64,000 nt of DNA from Owenia fusiformis (taxonomy: Eukaryota). The notes under the pieces were generated by a model that saw only the letters and a list, made by a program, of their open reading frames with translations, was not told where the DNA came from and searched no databases. A program made the position numbers and the translations under genes. Below, piece by piece: positions 37,101 through 52,100 of the stretch. How positions within the stretch are numbered: the first letter of the stretch is position 1; every line of letters begins with the position of its first letter. The stretch lies in contig CAIIXF020000001.1 in the NCBI GenBank assembly GCA_903813345.2, positions 38,316,001 to 38,380,000 on the forward strand, given 5' to 3'.

Positions 37101-40100
37101 GAATTCAAATGGAAATGAAATAGGCCTAGCTCAGTAAAGTCAATTTAAAAGCAAGATAATGCAGCAAATTCGTCACAACCGAGCTCTTTGTAAAAACAAA
37201 CGAACCATCAGGATCAATAATAGAGCTAGATATTTCTTATGTATGGGAAATGGATGATAAATCCTTTTCCCAGGAATTGTCAACTTTTCGTTCAAAAGTC
37301 AAAAACCTTGATAAAATCAAATGTTGAAACACTATGGAATAAAACTATAATATTATTTCAGTATTAACAATAGCAGGGACATCCCTCGTACGATAAAACA
37401 TCTAGCGTCGTTTAGGCCAGATGAAGACTTCCTGGGTTTACTGGTGAATTTATCTTAATGTATTGTGAAAAAGCTATCAACAAAAAAGCCTAACTGACGA
37501 AGCTACACAGTCTATATACACAGGATAGATTGTAAAAAGGCATTTTGTTAAATGCTTGTTTGACAAACGTTTCTTTTACTCTGCTGTGTGACGGGTTAAA
37601 AAAAGATGTAGAGACATATTCATTCACCAGGTGTCCATGCTATGTCACTTTACGACTCGGTGTGTATATTGTCAACAGAAACTACTTCATCCCAGAACTC
37701 TGCTACTTACCGCGATGTGTTTAACGTATTTTTCATAACACTAGTGGACAGGGGGGGGGGGGGATGCTGGCGTTTCCAAAGTTACGGTAAAAACTATGGT
37801 ACCATATTATAGGTCATTCAAAACTCGAGGGAGATCTATTAAAATCTAAAAAAGTAGGTCAAATGAGGTCAAAAGTACTTTTGTACTAAGAATCGAGGAA
37901 AAATCTGGTCATCCGACCCCCGCTCCCCCATGTCTGTATTAGGATAAAAGTAGTAGTTAGTAACATATATGTGTAAAAACTTCAATGTTCGAAGTAATTT
38001 ATTCAATAAACAGGCCCAATACTTGTCTTCTTTATGACCCCAATATTTGGTAAAAACCGGTTCTCAGGTATTCGATAATCAAATAAAACTAAAAATGCAA
38101 AAATATCCAAGTTCATTTAGATTAAAAACGCGGGCGTCTATTTTCCAGGCATATTCACGAAATAAAAGCAGATATATATATCAGAGATTCAGAAAATAGA
38201 AATAGTAAGAGATACCTTTATCTCGCCAGAAGCTATCATTCACTGCCCCTTTAAAGAAATAACAAATACGCATTTAAAATCAATTAATAAATTGTATCAA
38301 CTTTCAACTTGGCTGGGTAAATAATAAAGGAGGATTTTCTAGCTTTTAAGCTTAAATGAGCCCTTAGTACATGGCCTTGTAGATGGAACGATTACTTTTC
38401 AAGATAAATAGTTTATTGCCAAAAGTCGATCATGATTGACGAATGACTCAGTAATTGTTTTTTGCAATTGCTTTGACATGCTTATTCTTTGAAATAAAAA
38501 AAATTAAAAAAAAAAAAAAAAAAATTATTAGTGCGTGTCCATGGTAGGGTATAAAGCTGGGTTAGAGTATTTGGATATACTTTGTATCTGACGGGTCCTT
38601 TTGTGTGTTGTTTATTTCTTCTGTCTTGTTATTCCCCTGTCACGAGTAGACCCACGAAACTTTAGATTTCATGAACCAAAAACTAACATTATATCATGTT
38701 TACAGTGTGACCCTGGAATTGGGACCAATGCCCTTTTTGATCAGCTTTACCGCGACCCAGTGAAGATGATGGTTCTGGGTGCAGGATGTTCAGCTGTCAG
38801 TCAAGCTACGTCACAGGCTTCTCATCTTTGGAATCTTCTGCAGGTACGTAAACAAAATAATACAGATCAATAATGGAGTATTGCTAGTATTCAATCAAAT
38901 AATGTTATTATTCAATCATAGTACTAATCTAGTATGTTGATATTACTCTGGTTACGGAACGGAGCCTAACTGAAATAGCTAGTTATTCAGTTTGACGGTC
39001 TTTACTGTTATCCCATAATATAAGTTACAAGAATAAGGAACTAGATTTAAAAGTGTTTAGTAATTTTTTATAGCAACAAGTATTCGCTCATGGTTGCATG
39101 TTAATCAATGGCTCAAAATGAGATTTTCAGCAAAAACATGGCTTTCAGCAATCATGTTTGACATGGTGGTACACTCCCCTCCATAAGTTTGGCAACCTTA
39201 GCTCCCCTATTGAACTACGCGGAGGCTTTAACACGGAGTTCAATGGCGGAGCTAAGATTGCCAAACTTATGGAGGGGAGTGTAGAACTATATATTTCTGA
39301 TTTTTTGGACTTTTATCGTTAAAACTACTCAACATGTTGTTGTTCCAATATTTTGTTACTTATGTACAGTGTATAAACTATACATGTATTCTCTTAATAG
39401 TTAAAGTAAATTGGAGTACATCTTCTATTTTTAAAGCCTAGTGTCCCATTTTATTGGACCCATTCTATACTGATGAATCTATCACTTTAGGAGGTGACAG
39501 GTCATCTCAACCCCAAGTCATCTCAACCCAGTCCAACTCAACCCCAAGTCAAGTCAACCCCAGTAAAACTCAATCCCAAGTCAACTCAACCCTGTAAAAC
39601 TCAACCCCAGTAAAACTCAACCCTATTCATTTGTGCAATGTCTAATTTAATTTTTCTATGATGAATAATTTTAGCCATTTATTTCTGAAAATCTAGCATT
39701 TTGCATGATACTTTGAATAGAAAGTTGTAAAAGTATTTAAAAAAAACACGATAATTCATCAAGTTGTCACTATTATTTAATTTAAGACATCTTTTAAAAT
39801 CAAACTTTAGATGATTTAGAAATAATTAACAATGTAATATAATATAACTTTTTATTTATATGAACATGCTTTAACAAAATCATTAACATTTAGTAATTAA
39901 TAGACTGAAAGCAAAGATGTAGCCAGGAGGGGTGTGCACACACCCTCCCCCCCAATTTTGAAGGAAGTTGCATCATTTTTTGTCAAAACATATCTTTTTT
40001 GGCTCGCTTATGCCACGATCGGCACCCCCTGACTGAAAACCTGATTTTTTGGGTGATCGCATCCCTCCTGACTGAAAGCTGGCTATGCCCCTGGAAAGCA

Positions 40101-43100
40101 ATGGTCATGTTCCAGTTTTCCAAATAATCACGAGTGTCAACCTCATAGGGATTACAACAAAACAAACGTATTAGCAAGATTAATAAAATGACCCATACTT
40201 TAATCCTTAAAGGGTTCCGATTAGCATCCCGTATAAAAACAATATGGCGGCTCCAGGCGAATCAACTGGATCAGTCCATTTTTAAGAAATAAGGGGAGTT
40301 CTGTAAAATCCAGTTTATTGAAATTGTCTTTGAGATAAAGAAATCCGTTTATAATGATTTTGAAATCGTTATCCAAAGAGTGATCTTGCGTTCAAAGAAT
40401 ACATGTACAACAACCAATATAAATCCTTGTATTAGAAACCGGTTTGTCTTGCTTTGTTTCATTTGTAGGATATTTCATATGCCAAGCTGTGTGCTATTAC
40501 GTTATGGGGAAATTTAGATGCCAATTTCTCCTTATTATACACAAATAGAAGATCCTGAAACTTCACCCATAAATGTGGAATTGATTTGTCAAAATAAAAA
40601 TCACCCTTTTATAAATGTGTGACGATCTATAATATACTTATGCTATATAACAGTTAGAGGTGTTGACACAACGACCTCGATCTGTGAACCCTTGAGTATT
40701 ATTCCGGGATCGGGCCTTTTATACTAAACGGTGAGCAACACCAGAAACGAGCGTTCGATTTGCTGAACGATATGCGTCACCCTTTAATACCATATTGACA
40801 TTTTGGAGATAAACTCATTATTAACTATAATCTAAAAAGGCAGTGGTCTAAGAATGAAAATCACAAACTGAATCATCAGAATTGTTTTTACTGGGATAGA
40901 GTTTTACTGGGGTTGACTTGACTTGGGGTTGAGTTTTACTGGGGTTGAGTTGACTTGGGTTGAGTTGACTTGGGGTTGAGTTTTACTGGGTTGAGTTGAC
41001 TTGGGGTTGAGATGACCAGGAAGCCTTTAGGAACATGATCATCTACAATAAACCAACAGTTTAACTAAATGGCTTAATTGCATGTAAGAAGTCATGGGTG
41101 TATTAGTTGCATGCTTGCAATATCATGATGTTAATTTTTTTAATTCAATAAGTCAAGCATAAATTAAAGTAAGAGTTGTAATGTGCAAAGACGAGACGAA
41201 GTACCATGTCATTGCGTTAATAAATTGCTTGATTACCTTGGACTGGAAGCAGAATGAACCATACTAAATACCCAATTTGACGATTCATGAATGTTGTGAC
41301 ACTATTCCTAATAACCAATAATATTTTTGTCTAACAAAATAACCAAAGTCACCGTTGAATAAAAATAAAGAATATCAACAGAAGTTAACATTTTGGGCAA
41401 AAAATGAGTATTTGGCATAATTTCAACCATTCCAGCCATTTTTCGTTTCACCGCGTGACACAAAAATGCCACACACCGACATCACGCGCTCCTAACTTCG
41501 ACCGTTAATTTGAATTTTTGACCCACCGGATGTTTGAAAATCAAGGATTACGACTCTCATACTGCACCGTTTTTCTTCAAACTTATACCATTAAAAGCAG
41601 AACAAAATTGCCTTTCTGTCGATGCATTACTTTATTGTAAAGAGTCCCTCGTTCTAGCAGCGTTTTGGTCCCCAGCTGTTAGAAGGCCTTCTTACAGCTG
41701 GGGACCAGAATGCCGCTGGAAGAAGGGACTCTGTTTTAGAGAATAATGTACCATCAGAAAGGGATTTTTGTTATCCTTTGAATGGAACAAGTTTGAAGAA
41801 AAACGGTGCAGTATGAGACTCGTAATCCTTGATTTTCAAATATCCGGTTGGTCAAAAATTCAAAAACAGTCTAAGTTAGGACCGCGTGGACATAATGTTG
41901 CATAAATTTTTTGTCTGCACAAATTCTGACTTTTTGTTGAAACTCTACGAGCAGTTTCAGATGACTAACTCAACTAGATGCACATATATGAGTGTTACAT
42001 TTCAAACAAAAAATGACATACACCTTTTGTAACATAATTTTGGAAATAAGTTATTATTACCCTTTGCAATTCGTTGACTACTCTTCTTAAAAGAGAGCTT
42101 CGTCTTCGGTAGTTTATAGGTAGACTCTGCACGCATGGTAGTTATTATAAGTTTATAAATGTCAACTATACTATACCATTTTGTGTTTAATTGAATGGAC
42201 TTCCTTTCCCCGAAAGTACAAGCAAAAATCATTAGCATCTACAGTCTATTAAGCTGATTCAAAGGCAAGCAGTTGCATTTGAAAAATAAGAAATCTAAAG
42301 ACTATTGGGCAATAATATATAGAAAAATATATTCATATTGCACACGAATGACATTTGTATATTTCAGATTATTTAGTGTTTATTGCAATAAGCCTGTGGC
42401 CTCTTGTAATTTGAGGTCCATAGTAACATGGCAGAGAAGTCTCAAAATATAAGAGGTTACAGACATGGCAGAGAAGTCTCAAAATATAAGAGGTTACAGA
42501 CATTACAAGCAAATCCAGGAGCAATCCGAGATATACATATGTCATTCGTGACTAATATGACTATATTTTCCTATATATTATTAAATTTATAAAGTTATGT
42601 TACAAAAGGTAGGAAGCATTTTGTGTGTGTAGAATCTAGGTTTAAAAAATAAAAGTGTATATAAACATATGTTTGAAATATAAAAAATTCACATTTTACT
42701 CCCACTTCCTATGTCAATAATCAAATCTTAGTTTATACTTTTTCTCTGCTCAAATCTTCTGGTTTATTCACAATATGACCGTGTTATATAATCGCTGAGC
42801 TAGAAAAACGTCCTGAAGGGATTAGATTAATCTCTAACTAGATTAACAAATATTGAACAAAAATAATATGTTGACAGATGACATGGCTATAATTAAACAG
42901 TCATGATACTGAATGGCAAATGGAACTCCATGGAGAAGACTTTGAGTAAATTGGGATCATTCTCTCATTTCACATAACCTTATACTTCAGGGCCTTCAGT
43001 CGGAACAAAGACGCATTGAGGGTGACTTTCACAATTTTACAATAGTTTGTGCTCAATACATTTGATGATATGCCTATATTCGATAATTCTAACTGTGCTG

Positions 43101-46100
43101 ACTTATTTTATGAAACTGATTTGATTCCAAATGTTAACAAACATTATTTTTGTATATGAAGTATTATCACTCTTTTTCAAGACAACTTCCAGATGTTTAC
43201 ACTAATATTGTTCTTTGCCCCAATTTGGAATCCGGTAATTTAGAACAGTATATCTAAAACAGGCCCCACAGCTTCCTCTTTGTGTTCCATGGTGTAATTA
43301 TTTGCCTACATGCTGAATCCATTACACCTTACCGTGCCTTACTTACTAGGCATCCTGCTTTGAAGGTTATTTCGAAAATCAATTAAAATCTAGTAAAATT
43401 TATCGACATGCAGACGGTAGGGAAAACGAAATGAAGGAAGAAGTTGGTAGGACTATCCAAAATATTTTGTCAGTAAATCTCATATATATTAATAAATAAT
43501 ATTAAACAGTAAAAAATTTTCAGTACTCTCATATCTGATTGCTTACTGGGAAGCTCAAAAAGCCCAAATTTTCTTTGTTTTAGTTATCGTACTCGAGTGC
43601 AAGCCCTGCTCTTTCCAACAAAGTCATTTACAAACGTTTCTTTCGTGTGTTCCCGCCTGAATCATCATTCAATGCAGCTAAATTCGAATTTCTGAATCAC
43701 TTCAAATGGAAAAAAGTTGGCACCTTGCACGAAACCAAAGAACCCTTTGCATTGGTAAGTACTTCCATATAGTCTAATATACACGATATACGAGGGTTGT
43801 TCCAGAAGTAATGCACTATATGCTCTAACTTTCTTTAATTTTCTTCAATTCAGCTGAAATTTTGGGTATATTACAATTGAAGTTTTATCTGTTATATCCT
43901 GAAGTTTCAGCATCATAAATCTATATTATTCAACATGATGTTCATCGAGTACAAATAATGACATTTTACACTGTGATCATAATTCCACATACTCGGGGTG
44001 GAAGGTGTGAGAATTGTGCAAAAAATGACTTTGTGAGCTGGATGGAGTTTCTCTGTATTTTTCATTCTATTAGGGTTTCCTGCATAAGGGATTTTGCCTG
44101 CGAAGCATATAACTCTTGCGAACATATCTAAATATTGGTCCGAGGAAGACATACCTTGAATTTTTTAGAAAAAATTGGCTAAAAATGGAAACTACAAAAA
44201 GTCAAAATGTTCAACTCAAACAAAACTCTAGCTATTTAATATTAACACTATGTATTATTTAATGTTTTTCAGATGTTTAAGGACCTTCATTAGTGTACTA
44301 GTGTCTAGAAATAAGATAATTAAGGACAAAATTTGGCATTTTTGATCATTTTCGCTTTCAGCAGTAACATATAGTTCTTTATATCTTGAGTTTAATGTTG
44401 ACTGGTTGTTGCAATTTTGATTAAATCTGTGCTTGTACATGTCTTCTTCCATTTAAGATACAAAAAATGTATATTGGACCACCAATGGTCATATTAGAGC
44501 TTTCAGATCTCCCCTACCCCATTTATTATGAAAAATTACTGAAACATATGAAAATATAAAATAACTTGAATTTATAAACTTTAACAATGTTGTAGCTATT
44601 CTATATCAATATTATGTATTATTTAATGTTTTTCAGATATTTCAGAACCTTTATTGGTAAACTAGTGTCTAGAAATGAGACATTTAAGGACAAAACATGG
44701 CTTTTTTGACCATTTTCGCTTTCAGCAATACCATATAGGTCCTTATATCTTGAGTTTAATGCTGACTGGTTGGTGCATTCTTAGTCAAATTTGTTCTTGT
44801 AGATGTCTTCTTTCATTTAAGATATAAAAAATGTATAGTGGATGACCAATGTTCATAGTAGAGCTTTCAGGTCTCCCCTACCCCATTTATTAGGAAAAAT
44901 GACCAGAAATATTAATAAAAAGAAAAATAACTTCAAATTATGAACTTTTACAAAGTTGTACCTATTCTATGTCAATACTATGTATTATTTAATCTTTTTC
45001 TGATGTTTCAGGACCCTCATTAGTATTCTAATGCCTAGAAATGAGATATTTAAGGACAAAACTTGGCTTTTTTTTCATTTTCGCTTTCAGCAATAACGTA
45101 TATAGTATAGGTCCATATATCTTGAGTTTTATGCTGACTGGTTGGTGCATTCTTGGTCAGATCTGTTCTTGTACATGTCTTCTTCCATTTAGGATATAGA
45201 AAATGTATATTGGACAACCAATGTTGATATTATAGCTTTCATGTCTCCCCTGCCCTATTTATGTAAATGAAAAAGTAATTTCAAATCATCATCTTTAACA
45301 AAATTGTAGCTATTCTCTATCAATACTATGTATTATTTAATGTAACCTTCATTTGATTACATGTGTCTAAAATAGCATTCTGCATTTAGCAGTAGCATAT
45401 AATTTTCCACAATTATAATTCTTTGATGATAGATTCATATATGTTTTTTATTGAATCTGTCTTCTCTGATTTAACTTAAAGAAAATGTATGTAAGACAAT
45501 GAATGTTTTTATTAGAGGTCTAAGATCTGCCCTCTACCAAATGAGAAAACCAACACAAATGTTATTATTGCATGTTAATATTCTTAAACTTTTCAAAAGT
45601 TTAGCATATTTATTAGCACACTAAAATCAAAAATGACACATAAATGGGCGAAATGACCAATGTTTCACTTTCAGCAATAGTTGTTTATATTTTTAGTTGA
45701 ATGGTGATTAGTTGACATATTTTAGATCATATATATTCAACTATGTGTCTTGTTATCTTCAAAGCATGGAAAATGTGTTTTAAACACAAATATACATATT
45801 AGAGATAAAATTACTACACTACTATATTTTTAAAAGATTACTCAAAAATAGCATAGTGCGAAATAATTTTGTAATTTCACAGTTTACTCTCATATGAATC
45901 AAAGGATATGTCTTTATATAGACATGATTGTTCACAACTCTCGAACTTAATCCAGCAACAGCCTGATTTTTCAAATCTCCCTGGTTCTATGTTAGAGCTG
46001 CATTTAAGTCATTTTAAAGGTAACTGGTCAACTGGTACCCAAGACAAGTCGTACCCAAGCATATGTTTTGTTTTGAATCAAGTGTTGGACTGGGAATGTG

Positions 46101-49100
46101 TAAAGATATACATATTATAACTGTAACATACTGTTCAGAAGTTTGAAGAATTTTCAGAAGAAATTGATATAATTTTGTAACATTTTGAGCTTTGAGTGTC
46201 AATTTATTTTGACTATTATTTTATATTGGATGTTCGAGTGAAGAGATATATGTTAATTCCACACATTCATAATCATTTTTTTAAATATTGTATGTTTATG
46301 AGTGTTTGGAACAAGTGTCAGATTTAATTCATCTTGGAAGATGGTATTATTATAAATGTATTGATTCATCAAATCTTGGGCCTAATTTCTTATTAAACAG
46401 ATAATCTATTTGTCTAGGATTTCATATTATCAAAAGTCATATTCATAAAATTTAGCAAAAAATATTTTGAATAATATAATAATAGTATACAAGTAATAAT
46501 ATAGTATAATATTAATATCAAATATTATTGTGGTACTTATTCATACATGATATACTATTACACTTAGTATGCATGTGCATAATCCAATTTAGTTCCAATT
46601 GGAAAAAAATTAACAGATTAAACTTCCTTTAAACTTTCTCAAAATGCTCAAATTAATTGTTTGATTCATTTGTAGAAAAGTCACTGTTGTAATTATATTT
46701 ATTTATATATATGTTTGACAGAAAATGTTGTGAACAAGCACTCCAAGCACTTGTTTTATTAGTAAAAAAGCGATTCAAGTTAAATCAATATGCTTTACTT
46801 AATCCATTGAGAAAAAATGTCTTCTAAATTCAAAAAAATATTGAGGCTTATTTGAGTCACATTATAACATGAAAACATAATTATACAAACTCAATTTGTT
46901 TTCCTAATATGCACCCATAATACTGGAAATAACTTGGGTACCAGTTATCTTGGGTACGACTTGTCTTGGGTACCAGTTGTCTTGGGTACGACTTGTCTTG
47001 GGTACCAGTTGACTAGGAAGCATTTTAAAGGTCTAAGTTGCTCATGACACCACAAGCTATTCAGATATGTAAGATCTCTAAATAATTTTTATAGTTCTGA
47101 GAAACTCATCCTCAAATATTGTCCAACGATGTGCACTTTGTTGTTTATTGCCACATGGACAAGTAGCAAAACACCCTTGACTAGAAACTTTGTTTAGCAA
47201 TTTTCGCTGCCTTTTGCCATTTTACATTTGCGAATTGCCAAGGACATATTATGTTTCTTGTGTTGCTACGAAGGTTTGTTTGTGAGTACTGGTACAAGAC
47301 ACCCATCTTTGATATATCTTCAAATAGGTAATGCACTTTGAGATTCATATAGTAATTTAGAATGCTACCTTGAAGGACATAAGAAACTTTAAGAGCTCTT
47401 TTTAACTCTCATCCTTCTTTGCAAGCAACATTCTGTATCATCAGACTGAATACAAATTCTCTCAACATTGAACTCCTTTGTCTTGTCTGCAGCACTGTAA
47501 TAGACATGGGCCATAAGAAGAGTGTCAACTTCTTCATGATCAGTATTTGATAGATAAGTTGCAACTATCAGTTTTGCAAAGTTCAATAGCAGCTCTGCCA
47601 TAAGTGATATTCATCCAATTTTAGAGATACAGTAACATTGCTTCACAAACCAAAGACAGCTTACCATTTTGTAATCCTTTCCAAAATCATCTTGTTGGCC
47701 GTTCTTCATTTCACAATGTTTACGTTTACCAAAATATCCCCAAGCCCAATATCCATCATGAACTTCCTAATTACACCACCCTTAGGTGTAATATGGAAAT
47801 CACCAAGCCTTTGACAACATTGCATTTGATATGAGGGAATTCAACCAATATGGCTTGATCACTGGTTATAATTATCACAGAACTATACCCCATTATTTTT
47901 AAATATATTCCAAGTATTGTACTATATATTGCATAGATTCATGAGCAATTTGCAACATATCATAACCAGAAAAGCCCAATGGACAAAGATAGAGAATACC
48001 CGCCCCATTTGCAACTCAACTTTAAATGTACATAGTATTGATCTAGAATAGCGACAACTTTGTTAAAGTCTATACTTTGAAATTGTTTGGTTTTTATATT
48101 TCTGGTTATTTTTTCAAAATAAATGGGGTAGGGGAGATATGTAAGCTCTAATATAATGACAGGCTTTCCAATATACATTTTTAAATACCTTAAATCAAAG
48201 TAGGCAGGCAAAAGAACAGATTTGTTCAAGAATCCATCAACCAATCAGCATAAAACTCAAGATATAAGGAACTATATGTTATTGCTAACAGTGGAAATGA
48301 TGAAAAATGCCAAATTTTGTTCTTAAATGTCTAATTTCTCTACACTAGAATACAAATGAAGGTCCTGAAACATTAATTATAGCAATCAATAACACATAAA
48401 GAATAGTTACATCTTTGTTAAAGTTTATACTAGTAGTTTGAAGTTATTTTTTATATTTTCCAGTCATCTTCCCTAATAAATGGGGTAGGGGAGAACTGAA
48501 AGCTCTAATATGAACATTGTTTGTCTACTATACATTTTCAGTACCTTAAATGGAATAAGACATGTACAAGAACAGATTTAATCCAAAATGTATCAACCAG
48601 TCAGCATAAAACTCAAGATATGAGGATCTATATGTTACTGCTGAAAGCAGCATTGATTAAAAAATGCCAAGTTTTGCCCTTAAATGTCTCATTTCTAGCC
48701 ACTTGAATACCAATAAAAGTTCTGAAAAATCTTAAAAATATTAAATAACACATAATATTGATAATAGAATAGCTACAACTTTATGAAAGTCTATAATTTC
48801 AAGTAATTTTATTTTTTCATATTTCTCGTTTATTTTCCATAATTGATGGGGTAGGGGAGATCTGAAAGCTCTAATATGAACATTGTTTGTCTACTATACA
48901 TTTTCTATACCTTAAATGGAAGAAGACATGCACAAGAACAGATTTGATTGAAAATGCAACAATCAGACAGCATAAAACTCAAGATATGAGGAACTATATA
49001 TAACTGCTGAAAGTGAAAATGATAAAAAAAATGCCAAGTTTTGTCCTTAAATGTCTCATTTCTAGCCACTTGTATACCGCTATAGGTTCTGAAATATCTT

Positions 49101-52100
49101 AAAATCATTAAATAACACATAATATTGACATAGAATAGCTACAACTTTGTTAAAGTTTATAATTTCAAGTTATTTAATTTTTCATATTTTTCGGTAATTT
49201 TCCATAATAAATGGGGTAGGGGAGATCTGAAAGCTCTCATACGAACATTGGTTGTCCACTATACATTTTCTATACCTTAAATGGAAGAACATATGTACAA
49301 GCACAGATTTAATCAAAAATGCAACAACCAGTCAGCATTAAACTCGAGATATAAGGAACTATATGTTAATGCTGAAAGCGAAAATGATTAAAAATGCCAA
49401 ATTTTGTCCTTAAATGTCACATTTCTAGACACAAGTATACTAATGAAGGTCTTGAAACATCTGAGAAACCTTACATAACACAAAATATTGATATAGAATA
49501 GCTACAACTTTGTTTGAGTTGAACATTTTGACTTCTTGTAGTTTCCATTTTTAGCCATTTTTTCTAAAAAATTCAAGGTATGTCTTCTTCGGACCAGTAT
49601 TTAGATATGTTCGCAAGAGTTATATGCTTCGCAGGCGAAATCTTTTATGCAGGACACCCTAATAGAATAAAAAATACACAGAAATTCCATCCAGCACATA
49701 AAGTCATTTTTTCCTTAACGGAGCCTCTTAGAAAATTTTCCACCCCGAGTAACAGTCCAACATAGTCAAAAATTCAAAATCAGTCACAGTCAAGAATTTG
49801 CAAAAATGGCTGCAATTCTCAAACCCGATAACAGAAGGGCTTGCGTTTGGTGGCCCAGTTTCATACTTCGCTTGGAGTCAAAGCCGTACAAACTTATGCT
49901 ACCATGAAGAAAGTATAAACGGAGTATAAACCAGCTAGAACTACAATTATGAGGTGGCAGAAGAGATCCAAAAGTGATGACTAGACCCGTGATGACAACT
50001 CCAAACATGAGTGGCAAAACTCCATAAGTCACGGTTTGGGAAATTTCTAAGGGTGTTCTACCTAACAGGCATCAAAAGTTCATAACATGCAAAGGCCAAT
50101 AGTTTGAAAAAATGTGACAATGTGCAATATACATCCATTAAATCTAGGATGTGCTCCTAGTAATTTAGTACCTCAAAATGTATTTAAAGAACATACTTCT
50201 AATAGCTACACAAAATGGTATTTGTTGATTAATTATTTCATATTTTCAATTTTAATTCCTTTTGACATGACAATAACCTGTCTCACCCTACCAAAACTCA
50301 CCAAGTTGATTTTATAATAACATCAACATAGATTATCAATCAACATGAAAATTTTTAGAATAATCAAAATGTCTCTAAGGAACATTCACTGAAAATTTCA
50401 TGGAAAAATATCAATTGTTGCTAAAGTTAGAGGATATAGTGCATTACTTCTGGGACAACCCTCGTACTGTATGTGTGCACCCAGAATAAAAATGGTGGTT
50501 AAATCCTATAATATAGTATTGCTCCGTCAAAACATGGACGTAATAATCACTGATTCACGACCACGCATGTACTAAATTACTTTTAGGTTATTTAAGCAAA
50601 GGGATTTATTCTTTCTATCACATTGATGAACAAAGCCCATTGATAACTTTGACGTTTCTCATCAAAGAACTTATAGATTTATGGACAATTTTACAGTGAT
50701 AACTAATAGGGTTTAAAGTGACCCTATTTTACCAAAGCTAGCGATTATTCGGACAGTTCATACAAAATGCTATTTCAATATAGATGAGTAAATCCAACGA
50801 GTATTCTTAGAGCTCGTTTCCCAACAATACTGTAAACCATATTAGATCTTTTGTATCTCAATTACACGAGGCAAATGTCATTCCATATCTTAAAATACTA
50901 ATTTTCCAGACCACTACCGATTTTGTTAACAAGGCAAGCCAACATGGTATCCAGATCCTCGCATCTGAAAGTTTTGCTAATGATCCTCGACAACAAGTAC
51001 GGAATTTGAAGGTAGTAATGTTAATCAATTCGTATTTGTAAATATCACAAACATACTATATTGGAGCAAGAATGTGAATAGTCTTTCATGATTCAAAAAG
51101 GGGTACAATTAAAATCTAAATTTTTTATACTATCTTTAACACCACTCTTAAAAATGAATTACTTGAGTATTTCCCAAGTATTTCCCAAGTATAAAAATTA
51201 CTTAAAGTTACTTAGTTTTACTTCATTTTACTTAGGTTTAACTTATATTGTCATTTTGAGTTTTTTAATTGCTTAATTATGTAAATGAGTATTACAATTA
51301 CCACAGTAAGTATTTCAATTTCTCTCCTTGCATTAGTAAATTCACCATAAATGAATTACTTAAAAATTACTTAAAAATTATTCAGTAGTTCAAGATTATT
51401 TAAGTAATTTTTGACTTAAAATGAGTAGTACAATTTCTCAATATAAGGAAATCCAAGTAATAATTTTTAAGAGTGACATACTTCATGACATGAACCACTC
51501 CTTATCTCCGTCAAAATTTTTACTGTAAAAGTATATTATATGATATATTATTAGAGGCCCTCCTTTTCTGATGCTTGTATGAGCTCTGTGCAAGAAATAG
51601 CGGAAGCTGTTGAAGCACAATGCGGAGAGGATATCTAAAACAAGCTGCTGGTTGTCATAATATAATATCCGCCGCCCCATGGCCAATGTGCAATAACCAA
51701 CGCTCAATATTTTCTCAATCACAAGCTCGCTGTGTATAATAATAACAATAAGTGTTTATGTATCTCGTGGGAGTAAGAAGCAGAATATCTCGAGGGGCCC
51801 TGTCTTTTTTACCTTTGCCGATTTTCCAATCTTTGCCGATCCTTTCTTGTTTTTCATTTATAACCAGCTGCAGGTTTCTTTTAACGCTATAATGTTTTCA
51901 TCATCAATGTTATACAGGGTGGGCCAAAAAACGCCACATTTATTCTCAAGACACTATAACTTTTTCATTTTCCAACCTACATACACCTTTTGCAGTTATA
52001 TAGAACCAGAGTTCCTAAGTAATAAAACAATGTAACAAGTCCTTCAACTTGTATTGCATTTGATCTAAAAGAGAAGTTCAGTTGGTCCGCCAGCCTCTGT

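Larger units (their letters stand above)
43791..50464. mobile_element. mariner-type element (outer shell) hosting nested insertions, filling most of GPCR intron 3
   Basis: TA|CGAGGGTTGTTCCAGAAGTAATGCACTATA...TATAGTGCATTACTTCTGGGACAACCCTCG|TA. Confidence 0.8.

Noticed and set aside
43913..49765. Duplicated ORFs [14 protein letters not shown]...
   Set aside because: They lie in the inverted arms of the nested transposon.
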